Shown: one piece after another, positions 12,843 to 24,340 of the stretch
Numbering within the stretch: the first letter of the stretch is position 1
Layout of the letters: the number at the start of each line of letters is the position of its first letter
Assembly (NCBI RefSeq): GCF_006345805.1
Contig: NC_042998.1
Span: 155,062,001-155,126,000, forward strand
Direction: 5' to 3'
Length of the DNA stretch: 64,000 bases
From: Octopus sinensis
Lineage: Eukaryota
The notes under the pieces: model-generated
Databases searched by the model: none
What the model was told of the DNA's origin: nothing
Seen by the model: the letters and a program-made list of their open reading frames with translations, nothing else
Program-made: the position numbers and the translations under genes

Positions 12843-13470
12843 TGAATCCCTACTTGTATGCTAAATTCTTCACTGCATTCATGGCTGACTCTCATCTTAC
12901 TGACACCATCATTGTACATAGCATCATTGTAACAAGCCATTGTAACAAACCATTCGTCTACTCCTAGCTTCCTTAGAGACCACCAGGGTGTTCTAGAATA
13001 TACTACCCCAGTGCATCTGTCATACAGAGAGTTTATGCTCTTTGTTAGTCTGCTTGATTCTGCTACATCTTTTGTGTGTCCATAGCTTACATTGAGTGCA
13101 GTATACAGAATTTGTACCTACTTCTTTTTGGCATATCAAGCAAAGTTGTTCCTCTAAAGGTACAAGGGTAGTGTCTCCTTTCTTACATTCTAAAAGTTTT
13201 GTCTTAGCTAAGTTTACTAGGATACCTCACAATTCCAAATTTATCTCCCATGACTGGGATTTCCTCCCTAATTCCCTCTGGATTCAGTTATGAGCACTAG
13301 ATCATCAGCACATATGAGTTGCCATGTACAGCTAGCCTTAAACTCCTCTGTAATGGTCTGTAGGACTATGATTGACAACTAAACCTTGATGTATTCCAGC
13401 CTTCACACTAAATTCTTCAATGAAGTTGTTGACTCCCACTTTACTTACACCATCTGGATCTCTTCAGCTT
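12378..13470 (-). mobile_element. Decayed RTE fragment (3' tail plus RT pieces)
   Basis: Tail CCTTCCATGCTGGTATGGGTTGG and RT piece VSKMRVSHECSEEFSIQVGI homologous to the 2926-7800 element; (GA)n at 12783-12840. Confidence 0.7.
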
Positions 13471-13494
13471 CACTCACTGATTTTTAAATTATAA

Positions 13495-14255
13495 TTTTTA
13501 ACCAAACAGTTTGAAACTTCATATACTGGGGTAATTTCTCACACTGAACATGGTTTACTTTCAGCATTTTTGACATAATTTGTATTTTAGAAGTTATTTT
13601 GTGTTAAAGTTGTATTTGGATAATTTTAACAAATTAACGACGTGTGTTCAGCTGAAGAAAGCTAGTAATCGAAGAGCAACAACTTCCAGGTCGTCTCTAC
13701 TAAATGTCACCACTCTGTTCTATTTTTAATTTTGTTTACTGTCTGAGTTGCATATTACACGCTTTACTTCCTTTTTTATTTTGCTTTTTGATCGCCTCTT
13801 TGTATGAATGGTGAAAATGCAAATGTACAAAGAGGTGATTGAAAAGCAAACAAAGCATGTAGTATGCAACACAGGCAGTAAACAAAAATAAAATACAACA
13901 GATTGGTGAAAATAATCACAAAATTAACACAGGTAAATGTACAAAGAGGCAATCGAAAAGCCAAAAAAAAGCATGTAATATGCAACAGGCAGTAAACAAA
14001 AATGAAATAGAACAGAATGGTGACATTTAATACAGATGACCCAGAAGTTGTTACTCTTCAATTACTATCGCAAACAGCAGTAGCATTCTTCAGCTGAATA
14101 CACATCGTTGATTGGTTAAAATTAGCCAAATTTCACAACTTTAATATGAAATAACTTCTAAAATAAGAAATTTTGTCATAAAATGTTGGAAGTAAACCAT
14201 GTTCAGCATGAGAACTTACACCAGTATACGAAGTTTCAAACTGTTTAGTTAAAAA
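13495..14255. mobile_element. Foldback/MITE-like element with about 280-bp inverted arms
   Basis: TTTTAACCAAACAGTTTGAAACTTCATATACTGG at left is the reverse complement of CCAGTATACGAAGTTTCAAACTGTTTAGTTAAAAA at right. Complementarity continues about 280 bp; internal tandem duplication of about 114 bp. Confidence 0.85.
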
Positions 14256-14282
14256 AATTAATTTTTTTTGCTAAATATGAAG

Positions 14283-15012
14283 TATTTACTGAAGAGTAAA
14301 TCTATTCAATAAACTCGCCATTGGCATCAACTACGGCCTCCAAACGACTACGGAATCTCCTGCGACTCTTCTGGTTGGTCTCCTTGTTTAAGTTGGTGAA
14401 TGCTGCCATAATCCTTGCCTTCAGTTCATCTTTGGTGTAACAAGGAGTTTAGTTGGTCTCTCACTCAACTGCACCCTACACATAACAATTAAGTGGGTTA
14501 CAGTGTGGGGAGTTAGGTGGCCAGATGTTAGGGGTGATGTGGTTGCAGAAATTGTCTGACAGCCATGACTGGGTTCTCCTGCTTGTGTGGTATGGTGCAG
14601 AATCCTGTTGCTAGACATAGTCTTCTACCAGCCACCTTCTTGACCCAGAGCAGCACTACCTCCTCCAGGCACTTAATGTAGGCCTCTGTGTTGAGTCTGA
14701 GGCCGTATAGAAATAGAAGTATAATGTCACCATCACTAGTGATCACTCCAAACACCATGATGTTGACTGGATGTTTGATTTTTATCACTCTCGGTACATA
14801 TCCTCAGATTAACACCCAAACACTCTGAAATGTTTGCACTGGAGCTTCCAGCATGAATGCCAAGCAGTACAGCGTGTCATTTCCAAATTTCTAGTAGAGT
14901 AAATTGTGTCATGGTGCTGTTTTTCTCAGACAGTGCCCAACTGACCCTACTATACTGTGTAGTTGACAAAATCAAAAATATAAAATGGCGACAATTTACT
15001 CATTGCACCCTG
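14283..15012 (-). mobile_element. Internally deleted maT (DD37D)-like Tc1/mariner element
   Basis: KHPVNIMVFGVITSDGD..LRLNTEAYIKCLEEVV motif; 5' TIR CAGGGTGCAATGAGTAAATTGTCGCC next to TA at 15013-14; the other TIR was not found. Confidence 0.8.
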
Positions 15013-15344
15013 TATATATATATATATATATACACGCACACACTTTGTGGCTTAATGTGCATATATATATATTTAGTATGCTGCTTAATGTACATACACC
15101 CACCCACACATGTTGCTTTATACTGAATGTATGAAAAAGGTTGTTCAATAATATAGTGTAGAAAATATGGTTTTTTTTTAATTGAAACTGAAGCTGAGAC
15201 TTTGTTTTGCCTGAATAATGCAGTGACATGAAACACAAGTCACAAAACAAACTCTCTGCTACAGTTTCTGGAAAAAACACCAATATATATGTGTGTGTAT
15301 GTGTGTATAAAGAGAGAGAGAGAGAGGTAGTAATGGAAGTCAAT

Positions 15345-15530
15345 ACAATTAGGTTTGATATATTAACATGGAGCACAAAAAATACAGAATAAAATTCAAA
15401 GAAAATATGTAATTTCTTAACTCAACAGCTGTTTCAGGAGGTCCAGAGTTATGTAATAATCATAATAATTATTATTTGCAGATGAAATGTGCAAAAAGTC
15501 ATGGGTATGTAACCAGTTACATGATGATAT
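15345..15530 (-). repeat. Interspersed repeat homologous to 22690-22870, retaining the 3' half of a hammerhead motif
   Basis: Minus strand CCTGAAACAGCTGTTGAGTTAAGAAATTACATATTTTC matches plus strand CCTGAAACAGCTGTCAAGTTAAGAAATTGCATATTTTC at 22785. Confidence 0.7.
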
Positions 15531-16129
15531 TAAGACCAGGAACTTATGTACCCTCCTGTAACAAGGAACTGCATAGGAATTATAAGCATGCTAACCAAAA
15601 TGATCTTAAGGATATCAATGACCTCCACTGTAAGCTGATTATGACCTTGGACTACTTGACTGAATGGAATCTTATACACCTTGACCCCTCCCCTTCACTC
15701 TGAAGAACCATAAGCCTTCAATGAAGGTTTATTTGTCCCACTAAATCTAATTTGGGTCACATTACTAAATGCATTATTGGATGGATTATGTCCTTAGTGA
15801 AGAATAAAGTTAAACTTTCCCTTTAGATCAGCACTGGTGATGTCATCACCTGGTTCCACTCTCTTTCTAAAAAATCTCATGCATACTTTTTTCAATTTGA
15901 TATATTGAGCAATTATGTTTTCATATCCTCTATTCTACTAAATAAGGCCCTAATTTTTGCTTCTTTCTCTCTTGGCTGGATATCAACATTATCTTAGCAG
16001 CTATAAAAACACTTCTGTCTTTTAATAACAAATATTGGTCCTGTAATTCCTGTACAGACCTCTTTGATTTTACAATGGATTCCTTGGACTCTGCTCGGGT
16101 TACTCTGCTTGGGTTGGACATTTTCTTCT

Positions 16130-16650
16130 CTCTCAAATATACAATGTATACCTAGCCTATCTCGAGGTTTATATAAGGACAATTTTCTCCTCACAGCCAC
16201 AGATATGTCTTGGTTGTCTGTTGAATGCATCTAGAAGGTGCTCCACAAGTTTTTAAAAAATTATAAGCTATCTCATTCAAAAACAGTAATAAAGTAGCTG
16301 ACTCCTTAGATGTGACTCTTGACTTACATGCTAAAGCCTATTACCCTTACAATAAGTCAGTAGAAAATGCCCTGCAGTCAACACTTGTCCAGTATTCTGG
16401 CTGTCCCAGAGGTTGAATAATCTTCAACCTCCCCAGGTTGGCCAGTCCAATGCTACACCAGATTTTAAAACCTCCAGGAGCAGAAAGCAGATTTTATGGC
16501 TTGCACCCCCATTCTCTCTTCAGCTAAAATCTTTACCCAAGCCATTTTTTGAAATCCTAAGATCTGATTTCCCATCACACCATAAATATTACCCCACATT
16601 AAACAAATCTCATACTCTACAACCCCTAACAGGGAATCTATCATAGATGC
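16130..16650 (+). mobile_element. Penelope-like RT remnant
   Basis: GLYKDNF (GLYRDD-like), DSLDVTLDL (FLDVTLDL-like) and RKQILWLAPPFS (RKRNIIWFNPP-like) motifs. Confidence 0.65.
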
Positions 16651-17530
16651 AAACTCAGCTGCGTTATTGTGGGCTCTATGAACTGCTCATCTGACCCCTA
16701 CCCTGACCTAGGAGATACTAATACTATAAGTTTCAAGAATCTTACCCACTTTAACAACAGTGATATTAGTGTCATTGCCCTTTGTTTGTGTATCCATAAA
16801 CTTGTGACTATAGTAATGCTCCCTCTCAGCTCCATACTAGAAATGATAACACCTTCGGTCCTACCTCAGGGGTAACTGGTTGTGTGAATCAGCATGGGAG
16901 CAGATTAAATATAAGCCCACTAGTAGTGGGAAAAACCTGTAATTGTCAGATCTCCCTACTATGTCTGTTAGATGGATTTTATTTACACTATAATGTGATA
17001 TATGTTGGGTCCTAACCCTATGTTCCCACCAGGTTTGGGTCTACATTGGTGACACTGTTGATTTCAAGTATTGCTACCAGGCTCACCTGAGCTCATTCTC
17101 AAGTAGAACCTCTAAACTATCGACTTCCCTAGCTACATATATATACACTACCTCAAGTCCCAGGACATTTCCTATACTTTGTCCTGCTCCAAAGTTTGAG
17201 AGGATACTCCATATAATGCTAACCATCACATTTGTAATTTATGGTGTTGGGAATTGCTTGCTATTTTACACCATTTATATGACATATTCTTCTCATGTGA
17301 ACATAAGTTTTATTCCACATTTGCTCATTATGTTAAGTCTTTATTATTTTCCCTACATGTGGCTGAATCTCTTTACTATCTCCAAACATGTAAGTACCAA
17401 TTTTAACTCTCCTTGTAGCACATACTCTTTCTGGGTTGTTTCATGCAAAATCAATGCAGGTGCCGGAGGTGACTGACACTGGTTTCTTTCAAACTTTGCA
17501 TGCTAAATGGCCTTCTTATGAAACCTTTAA

Positions 17531-18571
17531 CCCTTTCGTTACTATATTTCTGACCAAAATACACCCCTTATGTGTTTCAATTAATTTCTAACGTAATCAT
17601 AAATTTAGTCTGGTTTCATTAAACAACTATAACTTTTTTATTTATCAATATATCAACGTGAATTTTGGAAGATAATTTAATGAAATGTTCTCAACCAATT
17701 CTATACTATAATTTTTGTCACAAAGTGACTCTAATTGCAGGTAGATACAGGTAAATTCAACAAAATATAAAATTATTAAAATTTTGTTCAAACATCGCTA
17801 TAGAAAATGGGTTATTAGCTAATATTCAATTGGGTATACAACAAAATTTTACGATAGAATTTGTTATTCTGGGTAACTTTCTGATACCCATAATAATATT
17901 TATGGCAAAATAGTCTTAATTTCATTCTTTTTGTTTACATTTAGCGTAACGGTTTGTTTCTGCCATAATGATTTCAAATAGGCTCATTCGAAAAAGTAAA
18001 AAGAAATAGTCTAAGGCTTTACTCTCCTGGGAAAGTCTGTGGCTTGGTCCAGTTTCTTCAGAAAAATCACCGAAAGAAACAGTTTTTAAATTTTCACTCC
18101 ATTCAGGTGCCAATTCATTTTCTTTATTGCTGCTGGAGCTCTCGGATTCACTGTTTTCACTTTTGGAAAATGAAACATCAGATTCATTATCAAATACCAC
18201 GTGCTTTTTTTTTTCAGTCATAGAGTTAGATTTATGAAGGTCTTCAGTAGAAAATCCTTCGAATTCTGACTCGCTGCTTGATATAATGAAATTCGTATCC
18301 ATTTTTTGTCAGAATTACAAATTTTGAAAACACAATAGGAACAAATTTCGGAAAAAAATCTCCCAAAATTCACGGAATTAAAATTACACTTCGATTTTTG
18401 TACAAAACTGTAGTTGAACTCTTTACGAAGTATAATACGTGTTTTCATGAATGTACTAAAGAGATTTGCTCTGATATTCTCATTTAAATATGAATAGGTA
18501 AATTCGGGCAGTTTTGGGCGGCTTGGTCACATTAACCAAAATTTTTTTCGGGCGGTTTGGTAACGAAAGGG
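17531..18571 (-). mobile_element. Non-autonomous piggyBac element retaining the transposase N-terminus
   Basis: TTAA TSD on both sides (17527-30, 18572-75); TIR CCCTTTCGTTAC / GTAACGAAAGGG. ORF 17922-18302 has an acidic Ser-rich N-terminus then TGP..LDYFFLLF..IMAETNRYA, typical of piggyBac transposases. Confidence 0.92.
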
Positions 18572-19839
18572 TTAAATATGAAATTTTTTTTTACCTGACT
18601 CCAATATTTGAAATTTTCAAAAAAGTGACATTTTTTTCAGTTACACAAAGCTGTCATATCTCAGCTACTATTGGAGCTAGAAAGGTCTATTTTTTTTCAT
18701 TTTAAAGCCTTTAAATAGGTCTACAACTTTTGTGTAGTGAATGTTTTCCTTACAATAAAAGTAAAAAAGTTGACCTAAAACTTTACCTTTGATCTTTCAT
18801 CGGTCAAAAGATGTGGTCATTGATTTTTTTTTAACTTTGTCCAGATATTGCCCTACCTAGTCCCAACTCACATACAAAAATTCATACTGGGATCTCAGTG
18901 GGAGCTGTAGTTATAAGGTCTTCTCTTGACTATGATTCACGTTATACAGCCTAATTAAATTACTTAATTCTTTTTTTTTCCGATTAGATATATATATATA
19001 TGACCATTTTAGTTAATTCCTGGTTACAGAAGGATTAAAAGAAAGATTTTATAGCTAAGCAAGAAAAGTGTTGTGACCCATTTAAAAAGCATAAAGCACC
19101 TGTGAAAACAGGTTTAAGAACAATAACAGCAGATTTTGCAATAAAATATCCTAAAGCAAGGACAAAAAATATGTGACTTTTGCAGAAAAACTTTGCCCAC
19201 ATTTCAAATTGAACCATCATAGAATATATGAGAGATGATACATCAACTATCACTGAAGTGACTTCATCAACAAATGTATTCATAGAAGAAAATGCAGAAT
19301 TAGAGATCCTCAACAACGCTCTGTCTGAAATTGGAGAATCTCCTCACCAAAAAAAAAAAAAAATAGATAGATACTACCATCATGTATGCTGAGAAAAAAG
19401 AGAAAAAATTTGAAAAGGCTCAAAAGATGCAAATCATAGAAGGGAAGTCAATGAATCATCAAAAGAAAAAGATCATCACCCTGAAAGTGAAATAATGAAA
19501 CAGTTAAAAGAAAAATTCACAACAGAAAAAGGATCAGAAAAACTGCAAATTTTGACAATTCTGCCAAAGAGCTGGTCTTTCAGAAAAATCCCAAAGGAGT
19601 TCAATATACCTGATTACATGGCTAGACAATGAGCAAGAGATTTTATCACATCCTAGCCATAGAAAAAGCACATTTCCTCAAGAAACTGCCAATTGTGTTT
19701 CTCAGATTTATAAAAATGAAGTAAGCAGAGCTATGCCAAGAAAAAAGGATTAAAATCAGTAAAAAAAAAATGGAAAAAGAGTCCATGAGCAAAAGTACCT
19801 CATACTTTGTAACTTAAAGGAAGTCTCCAAATTGTTTAA

Positions 19840-20033
19840 CCTTTTAGCGTTTAAACCAGCCATATCCAGCCTAAATATTCTACCTTTTTTATATTTTCCA
19901 ACTGGCCAGATCCAGCCTCTCACACCTACCATACAGTGTCATTCTAAAAACCAAAAAATTGCATCATTGAAAACTCAGTACAATGTGAATAAATAAGCAT
20001 TACATCTAACTGAGTAATCTGAATGCCAAATGG
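19840..20033. mobile_element. piggyBac-type MITE (194 bp)
   Basis: TTAA at 19836-39 and 20034-37; imperfect TIRs CCTTTTAGCGTTTA / TGAATGCCAAATGG. Excision restores the host transposase frame EVSKLF|KSKNLEIK. Confidence 0.85.
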
Positions 20034-22680
20034 TTAAATCAAAAAATCTTGAAATCAAAATTAGTTTCCAAAAATTTGCAGAGCTAAGGCCAAAAGAATA
20101 CATACTTGTAAGTAGTGCAAGTACACATAATGTATGTGTATGCACCATTCATCAGAATGTCAAACTAATGATTTCTGGCATGAAACTATCTGATTTAACC
20201 AAGGATATGAAGTTACACTTGATTGATTATAAACAATGTTTGGAATCAATTACTTACAATCCAACAACAAATGACTGCTACATAGGCAACTATTGAAATT
20301 GTAATTCTTTACTAGAAGAGCTTAAAAAATTCTTACATGAAATGTTTAATGTGATGAAGTACAGTATAAGCAATGGCTAACAGCAGACAGAACAATACTA
20401 GAAAATTAAAATCAACAGATGATTTTGTTGAAATTTTCTGTCAAAAGCTTAAAGTACATAAAATGCATGAATTCATTGCAAAGAAATAACCTAAATTTTG
20501 AACTTGAAGAAAAGAATATTTAAGTGAAGGAGAAATTTTAGTCATAGCAGATTTTTCAGTGAATTATTCATTCATCTTGCAAGATGTTGTACAAGGATTT
20601 CATAGGAGCAATGCCCAAGCCACTATGCATCCATTTGTTTGTTATTATAAACAAAACAATGATGTGACTAACATCTATGTTGTTATTATATCTGACTGTC
20701 TGAAGTATGATACAGTAGCAGTCTATCTCTTCCAAAAATAGCTGATAGATTTTCTTTGGGGCAAAGCCTTTAATATCAACAAAATTATCTATTTTTCTGA
20801 TGGTACTGCTTCACAATATAAAAATTGTAAAAATTTTATAAATTTATGCTACCATTCTGTAGCTTTCCAAACTGATGCAGAGTTCTTTGCTACTTCTCAA
20901 GGCAAGGGACTTTGTGATGGCTTAGGAGGTACAATTAAATGAATGGCAGCTCAGGCAAGTTTACAATGCCTTTTCAATGAACAAATCATGACTCCACAAC
21001 TTTATGATTATGGTCAGTAAAACATCCCTGGAATTAATTCTATCTATTCCTCAAATGATGAAATGCGTAATGAGGAAAATCTATTGAGAGAGAGATTTAG
21101 AAATGCAGGAACAATTCCAGGGACACAAAAGCTGCATCCCAAACTCACCTTCAGAAATTAAGGTAAAAATGATATCCACAATAGATAATTATACTAAAAT
21201 TAGAATCTCCATGCAAGATGCTATTCAATTTGAGGGTATAAAAGGGTTTGTAGCGGCAATTTATGATGGTAGCTGGTGGTTAGCCTGTGTTCTAGAAACA
21301 TACCCAGAAACTATGCAAGTAGAACTCACCTTTCTTGAACCTAAAGGACCCTCATCATCATTTCTGTATCCAAGAAAGTCAGATAAAAATATCTGACTTT
21401 CTGGGATACTGGGTTATTTAGACATTCTTTGTAAATTTGATCCCCAGAACTGCTACATGAAGAACATGTAGTTTGACAGAAAAAGAAGTGAAAAATGCAT
21501 CACAATTATTAATTTCAAGAAAATTGTTTCATTAAATTTTGAAGATTTCAGAATTTCATCTAACAAGTACCTAATCATTTAAAGCAAGGCAAGAGTTGGA
21601 GGTTGGGATATGTGGCTTCATCTGCTAAGTTATCAGGAGTAGCCCCTTAGGTGATGGGGATGCCAACAATTTGTTTGATGATTCTAAGTATTGGCAATAG
21701 CGTTGCCACCACTGACGTTGCAGAGCTGAAGAGTAGTTACAATTAAAGTAGATGTTATTACTGAAATAATAAAAATACTTATTTTGATTATCAGCACTTA
21801 GTTGTTTCCTTCAAGCTCAAATTGTCATGCTTAGTAAGCGATGTTTGATAATGTCACTACTTTTCACTATAATTATATTTTTTAAAAATACTTCCTACTG
21901 AGATGCTAGTATGAATTTTTTTTTATGTGAGTTATGACTAATCAGGGAAATATTTGGACAAAATTTCAAAAAAGATCAATGACCACATCTTTTGTCCTAT
22001 GAAACTTTATTATTTTTATTGTAAGGAAAAAATACACTAAACAAAAGCTGTAGACCTATTTAAAAATGCTTTAAAATGTAAAAAAAAAAAAGAAAAAAGA
22101 AAAAAAAAAGAAAAAGATGAGCTTTTTAGCTCAAGTAGTAGACGAGATATGATTTCTCAAAGTTATTGGAGTAACTGAAAAAATGTAACTTTTTTTCAAA
22201 ATTTCAAATGGTCATAATTCAGCAAATATTGGAGTCAAGTAAAAAATATTTCATATTTAAAGGTCTCATATGAAGGCCATTTAGCATGAAAAGTTTGAAA
22301 GAAATCAGTTTCAGTGACCTTCAATTTTTTTAAAAATAGCATTAATCAACATACTTTTCTCCAATGGTACCCCCGCACCTACTCTTTTAGTTCAATGCTT
22401 ATCTCTTCCTGCTTCTTTTTCTGGTCAGTTGACATTCCTAACTGCTTTATGGTATGCTTAACTTGACCACCCATGATGTTTGCTTTCTCAAGGATGATTT
22501 TAACTTTATCTCACCCCACTCTTTCTTCTCTATTTCTTGTATTCTATCCTTCTTCCTTTCTTCTTATGTCCTAGAAGCTCTCCTACCTTTTCCCCTCACC
22601 TTTGATCTCTTTCTGCTTCCTCCCTCCCTTTAACCACATGATTTAGGTAATACTACTATATAAACCATATTTGCCAATGT

Positions 22681-22803
22681 TCTATTGATGAAGGAATCCA
22701 GACACATTGTAACTGGTTACTGATTACATACCAATACATGCACATTTCATCAGCAAATTATGATTATAATTTAATTCTGATTTTCCTGAAACAGCTGTCA
22801 AGT
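22681..22803 (+). ncRNA. Decayed minimal hammerhead ribozyme motif (PLE type)
   Basis: TTGATGA (C3 changed to U), stem II AGGAA/TTCCT enclosing about 85 nt, GAAA, C-AGCT-G-TC. Stem I poorly paired. Confidence 0.5.
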
Positions 22804-23147
22804 TAAGAAATTGCATATTTTCTTCATATTTTTATTCTATATTTTTTGTGATCCATGTAGATATATTTATAACTTAGGCTAACTGTGTTTATCTGCATTA
22901 CTACCTCCATTTCAGTCCAATTTGGATTTGTCTTATAGCTTTTCTTGACATTACCCTGGATTAAGAATTCAGAGTTAGAGATAAAATTAATTTGAGCACT
23001 ACTATGTGTTTTCTACACTCCGCATACCTATCTCACCTATTGCCTATGTACAGATTCTGCCAAAAAACTTATACACACTTCAGGAAAGGAAAAAATCTGT
23101 ATAAATATTTAACTCATATAAGTACCTCTATAAATATAAATATCTCT

Positions 23148-23405
23148 GTTCTATATTTAAGAGATGAGGAATTATGTACATTATTTACACTTGTTTGTTG
23201 TTAACAGAACGTTTTGACTAACATACCCTCCAGCCTTTATCAGGTATCTATGGGGAAATTTTTAACCTGGGTTCTCATTCCTAAGGTATTTGTTGTTGTT
23301 GTTGTTGCTATTATTATTATTATTATTATTCAGTTCACTGCCTGGAATCAAACTTGGAATCCTGGGGTTAGTAGCCCACACTCTTAACCACTACACCATA
23401 TGACC
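23148..23405 (-). mobile_element. SINE-like unit: tRNA head, (AAT/AAC)n linker, hammerhead-bearing body
   Basis: A box TGGTGTAGTGG (23398-23388), B box GTTTGATTCC (23353-23344). Body is the reverse complement of 23456-23610; its hammerhead core is degenerate (CTGATAA..AAAACGTT). Confidence 0.75.
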
Positions 23406-23503
23406 TGACTAATAATAATAATAATAATGATAATAATGATAATAATAATAATAACATCGAAAAATACCTTAGGAACGAGAACCCAGATTCGAATTTTCCC
23501 CCA

Positions 23504-23549
23504 AACACCTGATGAAGGCTGGAAGGTATATCAGCCGAAACGTTATGTT
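23504..23549 (+). ncRNA. Minimal type I hammerhead ribozyme, intact core
   Basis: AACAC-CTGATGA(23509-15)-A-GGCTG/loop/CAGCC-GAAA(23537-40)-C-GTT^ATGTT. Palindromic AACGTT stem III; stem I AACAC/ATGTT has one mismatch next to the cleavage site. Confidence 0.7.
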
Positions 23550-23689
23550 AACAACAAGATGAGAACAAATATCTGTCAAATGTAAATAATGTAAATAATA
23601 TAAATATCTCTTACACTGTTTTATCAAATTGCAACAACCCTGTTTACTGTAGTATGACATTTTCTCAACAGATGGCATTACCAACATAG

Positions 23690-24340
23690 CTGTAGCATCA
23701 AGTGATGTCTACAACATAGAGGACATGATTATCATTTGAGGAACATAAGATCAGTTTTAAAGGAATGTAAGATTATTTTAAAGTGGTATTTCAAATTTGA
23801 GAATGTTGTTGAAGTCCCAAGATTTTGGAGCTGTGAGTTTGAAACACAAACTCCAACACATTTGACAATTTCATAGATTCATGTTAAGTTTGAAGCACAT
23901 GGTACTGTGTGTGATATGCATAAAGGAAAATCCAGCAGACCTTGTACAGCAACAAGTGCTATTTCCTCAGCAATGGTGCCACAGAAGTCTATCATACAAT
24001 CTGCACATGAAACAGAAGCAGTACAAACATATGGTGCATTCTTAAAAGAGATTATTATATGCAATTAATGAAGACAGTTCAAAATAGAAGAATCCAGTTT
24101 TGTGAGTGGTTTCAACACATTGAAGGCAAGGATGAAGAGCTGGTGAGAAAGATTTTATGGTCTAATGAAGCACAATTTAAGCTAAATGGAATAGTGAACT
24201 GACATAATTGTGTTTACTCATCAGAAAATCTTCACATGCATGTGGACAAAGCAGTCAATTTACTGGGTGTTAATGTCTAGTGTGGTGTGTCATCTAGAGG
24301 TTTAACGAGACCATTTTTCTTTGAAGATACTGTTACTGGT
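23690..24340 (+). mobile_element. Decayed Tc1/mariner-superfamily transposase fragment
   Basis: [48 protein letters not shown], typical of the first-D region; cut off by an RTE tail at 24340. Confidence 0.65.

Larger units (their letters stand above)
17465..22322 (+). mobile_element. Long-TIR DDE DNA transposon, tentatively Sola2-like, decayed
   Basis: About 430-bp TIRs (17465-17530 plus 18576-18905 versus 21893-22322) beginning G(G/A)AGGT. Transposase motifs LCNLKE..KFAELRPK..CVCTIHQNVKLM, ADFSVNY..Q..HPF, FSDGTASQYKN and FFATSQGKGLCDGLGGTIK at about 19000-21400. No TSD seen; superfamily assignment is from memory of motifs. Confidence 0.8.

Noticed and set aside
23330-23405. tRNA gene (Ser-like ACT loop), likewise at 1490-1545, 2392-2440 and 63428-63490
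   Set aside because: No complete acceptor stem, mutated boxes, and each continues into a repeated body; these are SINE heads.
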